Positions 19,044 through 26,433 of a stretch of DNA of 64,000 bases are shown here, one piece after another. Both the position numbers and the translations under genes were made by a program. Source of the stretch: Candidatus Parvarchaeum sp. (lineage in GTDB: Archaea; Nanobdellota; Nanobdellia; Parvarchaeales; Parvarchaeaceae); the NCBI GenBank assembly GCA_049965555.1, contig JBMFWF010000002.1, positions 26,751 to 90,750 on the forward strand, in the 5' to 3' direction. Each line of letters starts with the position of its first letter. Position 1 is the stretch's first letter. The notes below the pieces were generated by a model. The model ran no database searches. It was not told the origin of the DNA and worked only from the letters and a program-made list of their open reading frames with translations.

Positions 19044-19274
19044 TTAATTTTTTATCAAAATAATATAAGCAGGTTTAACATCTATGTGCATCTCCAAAGA
19101 AAACCCTCTCTCTTTGGCAACAGATTTTATAGAATCCGCCAGAGACGGATCAAAATCGTTAAATAAGATTTTTACTGCTTCGCCGCTTTTCAATTCCTTA
19201 GAAAAATTATAAGCCATTAATAAGACAAAGTAATAAGAAGAACCGACAGAAAGGACTGTTCTAATAATATTCAT
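19044..19274 (-). CDS. TusA/SirA-like small protein lacking the CPxP cysteine
   Basis: ELKSGEAVKILFND.DPS.ADSIKSVAKERGFS...YIILIK resembles the TusA fold; overlaps the DsrE-like gene. Confidence 0.55.
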   Translation of the reverse strand: MNIIRTVLSVGSSYYFVLLMAYNFSKELKSGEAVKILFNDFDPSLADSIKSVAKERGFSLEMHIDVKPAYIILIKN

Positions 19275-19693
19275 ACAGTCAGGAAAAGATAATCTTTATC
19301 ATTTTTAAGCTTATTGAATATCTCAACGCCATTGACCTTTCCATCAACTATATCTAAAAATTCAAGTTCTCCGAACTTCTTTTTAAATATTTCTACACAG
19401 GGCTGGCAAAGATACACTTTCAATTTGCCTGCTTGTTTTGCCATATTAATTACTTTTAACCAGTCAGGGAACTCGCCAGAATCCCATATATCTAATATTG
19501 CTTTAGCGTATTCATTTTCTATATCAGATTTTGGAAATTTATTGTAAAAATTTTTAGTTATAGCTAGAACAGAAGCCCCATTAAAGATAATCTCCGTATC
19601 AATATTGGTATTACTTGAACCAGTTAGTATGGCCTGCATGCTGTAAAAAGATTCAACAGAATACTTCGTTACGAAAATTATTACCTTTTCCAT
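19271..19693 (-). CDS. DsrE/DsrF-like protein
   Basis: EIIFNGASVLAITK, AKQAGKLKVYLCQPC, LDIVDGKVNG pattern. Confidence 0.7.
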   Translation of the reverse strand: MEKVIIFVTKYSVESFYSMQAILTGSSNTNIDTEIIFNGASVLAITKNFYNKFPKSDIENEYAKAILDIWDSGEFPDWLKVINMAKQAGKLKVYLCQPCVEIFKKKFGELEFLDIVDGKVNGVEIFNKLKNDKDYLFLTV

Positions 19694-19796
19694 TTAAAGT
19701 TAAGGATTTTTTTGTATTTAAACATAACAACAATATTAAAAGAAATCCTAACTAGAACGTTTTTGATATGTCTTTTGGGTCTTCTTAAAAATAAAG

Positions 19797-19880
19797 CGCT
19801 CAGGGAGGGATTCGGACCCTCAAGGGATTGCTCCCATAAGCTCTCCAGGCTTACGCGATGCCAGGTTACGCAACCTGAGC
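19797..19880 (-). tRNA. tRNA-Ser(GGA)
   Basis: GCTCAGG/CCTGAGC acceptor stem, TAAGC-CT-GGA-GA-GCTTA, long variable arm GGGAGCAATCCC, discriminator G. Confidence 0.92.
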
Positions 19881-19960
19881 TTAAAGCATTATATATAATT
19901 TAGAATAACTTATAAATACCTATCACAAGATATTTAACCTCCGGAATCTAATAACAAATT

Positions 19961-20239
19961 ATGGAAGAATGGTATAAACATCAGCAAGGCAAAGTTATAA
20001 AAGAAGTAAAATTTAACGGCTATGAAGTAAAATATGTAAAGAAAGAAGAACATGAAGATTTTCAGCCAAGAAACGAAAAATTACCTGTAAACATAGACAA
20101 AGAACAACTAAAAATAACAAAAAATGGGGAAAAGATAAAGGTAAGGAAAAAGGACAAGCTTGCGATAATAGATGCAATAAAACAAGACAACATAGACAAG
20201 GTTGATGAGATACTTAAAACATTGAAAACCAATAATTAG
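19961..20239 (+). CDS. Hypothetical protein (charged, 92 aa)
   Basis: ORF with typical composition and upstream AT-rich promoter-like sequence; no motif. Confidence 0.6.
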   Translation: MEEWYKHQQGKVIKEVKFNGYEVKYVKKEEHEDFQPRNEKLPVNIDKEQLKITKNGEKIKVRKKDKLAIIDAIKQDNIDKVDEILKTLKTNN

Positions 20240-20244
20240 TTGTT

Positions 20245-20652
20245 TTATTGACTGTCCAGCATAGAAATTAACTCTTTTACCTTAGCATAGATAGTTTCAA
20301 TTATTTTGGTTTTGTCCTCAACCGAAAGTCCTTCCAATGTAGGTATATACCAGTGCTCAGCCTTTTTTATATACTCATCAGGTATAAGTATACAGTCATT
20401 TGGATCACAAACAATTATTATTTTATCAGCCATTTTTAACATTTCATTGTTGGGTGCTTTGGGAAATTGATTACTCATATCTACATCAAATTTTTCCCGC
20501 ATTAATTTTATATCTGAACTGTCTATCCCTGTACCAACAGAACTCCCTGCGGCACTTATTGCTTTATGCTTTTTCGTAAGCTTATTAAATAAAGCTTCCG
20601 CGATCTGGCTTCTGCTATTGTTATATTTACAGATAAAAAGCACAACAGACAT
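20245..20652 (-). CDS. arsC: Low-molecular-weight phosphatase / thioredoxin-type arsenate reductase family protein
   Basis: VLFICKYNNSRSQIAEA (Cx5R), SAAG, ADKIIIVCDPNDC, EHW. Confidence 0.8.
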   Translation of the reverse strand: MSVVLFICKYNNSRSQIAEALFNKLTKKHKAISAAGSSVGTGIDSSDIKLMREKFDVDMSNQFPKAPNNEMLKMADKIIIVCDPNDCILIPDEYIKKAEHWYIPTLEGLSVEDKTKIIETIYAKVKELISMLDSQ

Positions 20653-20664
20653 AAAGAGACTTAT

Positions 20665-21039
20665 TCACTGCTTCATTATGCCGGCAATTTCACTTGAAGC
20701 TTTAGAAGACTCCAAAAGAATTAAACCATAATTTGTGTTAGGATCGATCATTATTGTAAGTATTGCATCGGTTCCTGCTTGTACTGCTACAACCCTTATG
20801 TCCTTTGACTCTGCAACTACCCTTTCTAAAGTATTTTTAGCACCAAGAGACTTAATGGCCGTTTCTGCTGAACCTACCATTGAAGCCAGCATCGCAGCAA
20901 AAGTGTTCGGATCTACATCTTCAGGCATCAAAGAGACCATAGGTAAACCATTAGCAGATATAACAGCAGATGCCTTTATTCCGCCGACAGTACTTAATCT
21001 TTGTAAAACACTTTTTAATTGTTCCGATTTTGTAGCCAT
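20665..21039 (-). CDS. Roadblock/LC7 (MglB-like) protein
   Basis: GIKASAVISANGLPMVS, FAAMLASMVGSAE, LERVVAES, NYGLILLE. Confidence 0.92.
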   Translation of the reverse strand: MATKSEQLKSVLQRLSTVGGIKASAVISANGLPMVSLMPEDVDPNTFAAMLASMVGSAETAIKSLGAKNTLERVVAESKDIRVVAVQAGTDAILTIMIDPNTNYGLILLESSKASSEIAGIMKQ

Positions 21040-21069
21040 ATTTAATTTACGATTTCTTTATTTAAATAA

Positions 21070-22314
21070 TTATGTTAACTGCTTAAACAAAGCAGATAAA
21101 GCCTCGTCTATTCCCGCCTCCTTTAATTTTGTTGGCTCGTTTGGATCTACTTTTGATAGGTCCTCAGCAACTGTCTGCACTAGTGCTATTGCAGAATCCA
21201 AGTGCAACTTTTCTCTTATTTCTTCTTTTTTAAGTGCTCCCTGGAGATCAGCTTTATTTGCAATAACTACTACTGGCAAACCATAAGTTTCTGTCTTCCT
21301 AAGCATTTCAACTGCTCTTGGGAACTGTTCTGGCTTGGTTGAGTCTACTACTAGGAATACACCGATTGCTTCTCCGCCTAGCATTTTAAGTAATGGATCA
21401 AATCTTTCCTGTCCAGGCGTTCCAAACAAATCTGCACGATAACCCTGAAAATCTACTGTTCCATGATCCAAAGCTATCGTTCCGCCAAGCTTATCTACAC
21501 TTACAGCATTCTTAGAGGCACTGTGTATGAATGAACTTTTTCCAGCATCTGTCGGCCCAGTAACTAGAATCTTGGGGAAGTAAACCTTTATTCCTCCCGG
21601 CTTTATTGCTTTGAACAGCACAGATGAAAATGTCTGTTGCTTTTCTTCAACCCAATCGCACTTTAATACCGCAAAATACTGCCCGAAAATCACGCGTTTT
21701 TCTATTCCCTTGACCTCTATAGTTGAATTTACATTTGAAAGCAGTTTATCTACATTTTGTTTTTCGTAGCCCCAATCTGTGAAAAGAAGCACTGCTGCAG
21801 AGTCCTTGCTTACAACCTCTTGTTTTACATCATTCATAAATGAAGTAGCAAATGAAAAATTAAAGAAATCAGCAAGCAGTGAAAATGAATCTATTACAAG
21901 CAGTCCGTACCCATTACCAATCTCTTTGAGGACTTTTGTCTTTACTTCTTCCTTATCATAAGGATTGCTTATAACCTTTATATGATCCGTTTCATCTGAT
22001 TTTATGCCGGTAATCCCACTGTAAGCATCTATTATAAATAAATTGTCATTGGCTGGAAAGTCATATTCTTTCATGTCTGTAAGATAAGACTGTGGAGATG
22101 TTCTGTTAAGAAATACGAGAACTTTTACTCCAGAGGTTATATTCTTATGTATTATTTGATATCCAAACACTTCATTTCCCACGGAGGGCGAAGCAGATAT
22201 CAATACAACCTTTTTAGAAGGTATTCCCTTAAGCTGCTCATCTAACTTAGCTATTCCAAAATAAGGATCAAAATCCTTATCTGGCACACCGTCTAATCCT
22301 TTAAACTCTACCAT
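21070..22314 (-). CDS. Fusion: degenerate KaiC/RAD55-like domain plus C-terminal MglA-like small GTPase
   Basis: N-term FGIAKLDEQLKGIP..VVLISASPSVGNE and LLVIDSFS; C-term G1 GPTDAGKS, G2 TIALD, G3 FGTPGQERF, G4 NKAD. Confidence 0.88.
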   Translation of the reverse strand: MVEFKGLDGVPDKDFDPYFGIAKLDEQLKGIPSKKVVLISASPSVGNEVFGYQIIHKNITSGVKVLVFLNRTSPQSYLTDMKEYDFPANDNLFIIDAYSGITGIKSDETDHIKVISNPYDKEEVKTKVLKEIGNGYGLLVIDSFSLLADFFNFSFATSFMNDVKQEVVSKDSAAVLLFTDWGYEKQNVDKLLSNVNSTIEVKGIEKRVIFGQYFAVLKCDWVEEKQQTFSSVLFKAIKPGGIKVYFPKILVTGPTDAGKSSFIHSASKNAVSVDKLGGTIALDHGTVDFQGYRADLFGTPGQERFDPLLKMLGGEAIGVFLVVDSTKPEQFPRAVEMLRKTETYGLPVVVIANKADLQGALKKEEIREKLHLDSAIALVQTVAEDLSKVDPNEPTKLKEAGIDEALSALFKQLT

Positions 22315-22350
22315 ATAGTAAAATTATATCAATTATCGCTTTTAAATATA

Positions 22351-23019
22351 TCATTCGAGCTCCTTAAAATCAAGTACTTCCTTGCTTGTGCCTGAAAGCC
22401 TGAAATACCTTTTTCCTCCATCAAGCTTTAAATCGATTATTGCGTCAGAAAGATTTTTTATGGTTTCTATAACTTCAGGAGGATGCATCGCTATGTCAAT
22501 TGAAAATATTATGGTAACTCCTGCTAATTTGGCTTTACCACAAACGAACTGTAGAAAGCGGTACACTGTTACTGGATTATTATATATCAATAGATTTGAA
22601 AGATTGTCAAAGATGTTTATTACCGGCTTTGCATCCTTTACAAAATCGCTATTCGTACTTGATAATGAAACTGATAAACCTGTCAAATCCAATGGCCCGT
22701 TTAATATTTTTGCATAGGAATTGTCAGTAGCACTGGGTGAGTTCGTCCTGCTAAAATCATCCAATATCTTAAAATTTTCTCCAAGGTAAGGATTTATGTT
22801 TATTCCTCTGGAGTTGAATTCATTTATCAAGTCGGAGTAAGACTTGGAAGTCAGCACATAAACTATTGCATTTTTTGACGCAAGAGCGGATTGAACGACT
22901 TTATATATAAACAGCTCTTTTCCTGATTCTTTATTTCCAAAAATAGAGTATACCTTCCTGTAATCCAAGCCATTAGTAAGCTCATCAAAGTTCTTAAAAC
23001 CAGTTTTTATTCCTTCCAT
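22351..23019 (-). CDS. KaiC/RAD55-like RecA-fold protein with altered Walker A
   Basis: IKTGFKNFDELTNGL, GNKESGKE, IFDNLSNLL, LSDAIIDL. Confidence 0.85.
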   Translation of the reverse strand: MEGIKTGFKNFDELTNGLDYRKVYSIFGNKESGKELFIYKVVQSALASKNAIVYVLTSKSYSDLINEFNSRGININPYLGENFKILDDFSRTNSPSATDNSYAKILNGPLDLTGLSVSLSSTNSDFVKDAKPVINIFDNLSNLLIYNNPVTVYRFLQFVCGKAKLAGVTIIFSIDIAMHPPEVIETIKNLSDAIIDLKLDGGKRYFRLSGTSKEVLDFKELE

Positions 23020-23020
23020 A

Positions 23021-23632
23021 TCAAACCAACTTTACCTTCTTTGATTTTATTCCCATAGGGGAACCATCAACCTTCATTAATATATCAACGGTCAATTGAT
23101 CATCTTGCTTTAAAAAGGTTATCTCCTCAAGCAAAGACTCATTTGCCGGCATATTAACGAATGGAAAAAGATAATTTGAAAGACTTTTAAAAAGCTCTTT
23201 CTTACCGTTCTTTTTCAACATTATAGACAAATTATCACTCATATCTTCGGTTTCAACTATCTTAAAGTAATCGGTGTCAATCACTATATCTGTTATGCTG
23301 TCATGCGGCAAGCCCTTAAGATCTTCTATTACTGGGTCAATGTTTTCATCAGCGCCGAATTGTTTTGAAACGGATTTCTGCTGGTTGTTCTCTATAAAAT
23401 CAATGGTTAACTTCACAGCCTTCACAAGGAAAAGCCTCAGCAGGATATTGTATATCTTATATACCTTTATGCTTAGCGGATGCTGCGCTTTTATCTTTAT
23501 AACACCTTCTTTGTATTCAAGGCTTATCGATACTTTTTTGTAGGCTATCAAACCACTTATCTTTGAAAGTGGTGCGTTCTCGTCATAAAAGCTCTTTAGT
23601 TCATTTATTGCGTCAAAAATATCGATTTCCAT
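23021..23632 (-). CDS. Hypothetical protein, first gene of the KaiC-GTPase-Roadblock operon
   Basis: 203-aa ORF; stop codon 1 nt before the start of the KaiC-like gene. Confidence 0.7.
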   Translation of the reverse strand: MEIDIFDAINELKSFYDENAPLSKISGLIAYKKVSISLEYKEGVIKIKAQHPLSIKVYKIYNILLRLFLVKAVKLTIDFIENNQQKSVSKQFGADENIDPVIEDLKGLPHDSITDIVIDTDYFKIVETEDMSDNLSIMLKKNGKKELFKSLSNYLFPFVNMPANESLLEEITFLKQDDQLTVDILMKVDGSPMGIKSKKVKLV

Positions 23633-23670
23633 GCTATATAATATACATTAAAGAATTTAAAATTGACATT

Positions 23671-24306
23671 TTAACCTGCGCACGCCCCAGTTGGTGAACT
23701 TGCAGGGTCATAAAGTATTTTTTCATCCGGCGAAATGGTAACAGCACTTCCTGAAACCGCTTCTATAATTGCAACATACCCTGCGCAACCTGTACTTTCA
23801 TTAAACCAGAATGAAATATTTTTACCAGTTTCTAAAGCTACATAATCATGATTAAGGTCTTTTGTGTTTACCCAGTTAACGTACTGCTGATTGGTCATAA
23901 CGACGAAATTAGTAACCGTAGATGCATTATATACCATGTGCACTTTGAAAGTGTCTGGTATTGTAAGAAAGGAGTAAGAATCCGGGCCTAAAACTGTTGG
24001 CTCGTTCCATATAGTTATCAATGGTTTACCGTCAAAAAAGGAGAATGGCAAAGCAGAAACATTCTGATTGTGTATAGCTAAAGTAGAATTTGGATAATAT
24101 GATAGTATAGAACGGTTTATTATTATGTTTACCCCATTATTCGGAAGGCAGAATGGCCCTGAATTATTCACTGCCAAAGTGTCATTTGAAAAATAGCATG
24201 AATTAAATAAAACTATGTGCATTTTAAAGCCATAGAATATTGCTACAAGAATTATTATCAAAAGAATGGCCGTCAATACATTTATTGCAATAGATCTTTT
24301 CTTCAT
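23671..24306 (-). CDS. Membrane-anchored or secreted surface protein
   Basis: MKKRS plus hydrophobic helix; N/S/T-rich extracellular domain with four Cys. Confidence 0.7.
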   Translation of the reverse strand: MKKRSIAINVLTAILLIIILVAIFYGFKMHIVLFNSCYFSNDTLAVNNSGPFCLPNNGVNIIINRSILSYYPNSTLAIHNQNVSALPFSFFDGKPLITIWNEPTVLGPDSYSFLTIPDTFKVHMVYNASTVTNFVVMTNQQYVNWVNTKDLNHDYVALETGKNISFWFNESTGCAGYVAIIEAVSGSAVTISPDEKILYDPASSPTGACAG

Positions 24307-24342
24307 TTACTAAAAACAATGTTGATAAATAAAAAGCTTTGT

Positions 24343-24711
24343 TTAAGAATAACCTGCAGTTACGCAATTGCTGTAACCCATAGTAGTTCCATTTGATAAA
24401 ACTACCGTAGTAGTATTAGTTCCAGGTGGAACTGCTAAATCTGAATAACAATGATAGACACCTGGACCGGAGGGATTAGCAACAGTCTGAGAGCACCATT
24501 GCTGGAAACCTAAACTTGCTGGTACGGTAGTAGAGTAAGTTGAGCATGTCGAAGAAAATGCTGATAACGTAGAACTGGATGGAGAGGCTGCACCCAAGCC
24601 CTTGAAGCCACCTAATACAAATGTGATTAATAAGACAAGTATAAGCAAGCCCACAGCAATAAGTATTATTGTATTGATGGGCAGGCCCTGTGCTCTTTTA
24701 TTTGAAATCAT
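24343..24711 (-). CDS. Type IV pilin-like protein with class III signal peptide
   Basis: NKRA|QGLPINTIILIAVGLLILVLLITF; S/T-rich body with four Cys. Confidence 0.75.
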   Translation of the reverse strand: MISNKRAQGLPINTIILIAVGLLILVLLITFVLGGFKGLGAASPSSSTLSAFSSTCSTYSTTVPASLGFQQWCSQTVANPSGPGVYHCYSDLAVPPGTNTTTVVLSNGTTMGYSNCVTAGYS

Positions 24712-24850
24712 ATTTACATACTAAAATTTATACTATTTAAATATTTCTTTTTAGGTGTAAATTTACGAATTCAATTACAAATTCAAAGTTAAACGCCTTT
24801 TCTATAAATTAAAGATTTATTAATATAAACGGACATAAAATAAGCGTTAT

Positions 24851-25123
24851 ATGTATTTGAGCAGGCTAGTTATAGATGCAGTAAAACCTATCGGTGAATA
24901 TAGTATAATCGACCTTGCAAACGATATAGCCAAACACGTAAGAAACGGAGAGGTTTTCATAAAGGTTGTAGAAGTGGATATTCATACAGAAGGCTTAAAA
25001 GTGGTCATTGAAGGCTCAAAAATAAACTTCGAAGGCATACAAAAAGCCTTGAAGGATAGGGGTGCAGTGATAAACAGTCTAGATGAAGCCACAGTAAGTT
25101 CTAATGGAAAGAGCAAAAAGTAG
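24851..25123 (+). CDS. DUF211-family protein
   Basis: RLVIDAVKP, VVEVD..TE, IEG..INF, GAVINSLDE. Confidence 0.85.
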   Translation: MYLSRLVIDAVKPIGEYSIIDLANDIAKHVRNGEVFIKVVEVDIHTEGLKVVIEGSKINFEGIQKALKDRGAVINSLDEATVSSNGKSKK

Positions 25124-25655
25124 GTATGTAATACTGGGCCTAAGCGACGGATTATTCCTTGGCTTAGGCATATCACTAGGTATTTCAGTTTTCCACAGCT
25201 ATCAGCTTACATTTGCATCCATCTTATTAGTAGGCGTGAGCGGTTCTCTTTCCAATTTCTTTTCCGCTTATAATGCTGAAAATTTTGTGTTGGGTCAGCA
25301 AATGAAGGAATATCGAAAAATACTTTTTGCAAAGGAATATGACCCAAAAAAGATCACAAAACTAAAAAAAGCTAAAAACCTTAAATATGCTGAAATAGGT
25401 TTTCTTTCAACATTACTTGGCAGTATTATAGTACTTTTGCCTTATTTGGTTTACTATTCATTAAATGAGAAGCAAAGCGTTACCACTAGCATCATTTCAC
25501 TTATTCTAAGTTTGATAATACTTGCATTTATAGGAAGCTACTCGCAGGAAGAAAATGCGCAAAAAATAAAGGAGGGACTAAAAACGGCAGGTATAGGACT
25601 TCTTATCGCTGTGATAAGCGCCTTTTTAGGCGTATTGATAAATTTGTTTATTTAG
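25104..25655 (+). CDS. VIT1/CCC1-like membrane protein (TIGR00267-like)
   Basis: RYVILGLSDG, SNFFSAYNAE, five TM helices; usual partner of DUF211. Confidence 0.75.
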   Translation: MERAKSRYVILGLSDGLFLGLGISLGISVFHSYQLTFASILLVGVSGSLSNFFSAYNAENFVLGQQMKEYRKILFAKEYDPKKITKLKKAKNLKYAEIGFLSTLLGSIIVLLPYLVYYSLNEKQSVTTSIISLILSLIILAFIGSYSQEENAQKIKEGLKTAGIGLLIAVISAFLGVLINLFI

Positions 25656-26433
25656 ATTTTGCAAGGTCTGCCATCTTTGAATTGAACTCTACTCCTTTTA
25701 TGATTATTTCCTGGGCCTTTTCGCCGCTTATTTCTATTTTTTCGCCATGAAATAATTTTTTACCCAATGAGAATATCTCATTAAAATCACTGATCTGTTT
25801 CTTGTTAACTAATCCTCTTTCTTCTAGCTTCAAAAGCATTTCAGGGATTACCTCCGGTGATGGCGGTATGTCTCCCTGCCTCATTATTGCAGCCTGCGCG
25901 GAATTCACAACAGCCCAGTACATATCTGTGACCACAGAAGCAAGTTTAAGCTTTGCCGAATTAGTGTAGAGCTCGCTTCTTGTCAAAGAAGCGTATATTG
26001 ATTCTTCCGTAGGCTTTATTTCGCCCATGTTAAGCAGTGCCTGCAAAGGCTCGAAATAACCGGTATCTATCAAAGGGACGCCGTATTTTAGAACATTAAC
26101 TGAAACAGGATCTGCAGCTATTACTCCGCGCCAGAAAGCGGTCAATGTAACGAAGTTTATGTGTAATTTGGCTTGGCTTTCCTTTACAAGCTTGTCAACG
26201 TCTGAAAATATCAACGACTGAACGTTTTCATCTAGCTTATTCAAAACGTCGTCCATTACCACCATTATATCTACATCGCTGTCCTCTGTTTCTTTGCCTT
26301 TGCTATAAGAACCAAATAGAACGATTGTTTTCATTACTTTCGGGTATTTTTCAAATATCCCCTTTGCGAATTTATAAGCCGCATCGTATCCTTTTAATTC
26401 CAAATGCCCTTTTTCATTGTTTTCTTCCATCAT
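25648..26433 (-). CDS. Minimal nucleotidyltransferase fused to a HEPN-like helical domain
   Basis: IVLFGSYSKG...SDVDIMVVMDD; C-terminal YWAVVNSAQAAI..G..PPSP..KKLFHG. Confidence 0.8.
   Translation of the reverse strand: MMEENNEKGHLELKGYDAAYKFAKGIFEKYPKVMKTIVLFGSYSKGKETEDSDVDIMVVMDDVLNKLDENVQSLIFSDVDKLVKESQAKLHINFVTLTAFWRGVIAADPVSVNVLKYGVPLIDTGYFEPLQALLNMGEIKPTEESIYASLTRSELYTNSAKLKLASVVTDMYWAVVNSAQAAIMRQGDIPPSPEVIPEMLLKLEERGLVNKKQISDFNEIFSLGKKLFHGEKIEISGEKAQEIIIKGVEFNSKMADLAKSK

Noticed and set aside
19712-19903. 63-aa ORF
   Set aside because: It overlaps tRNA-Ser(GGA) on the opposite strand.
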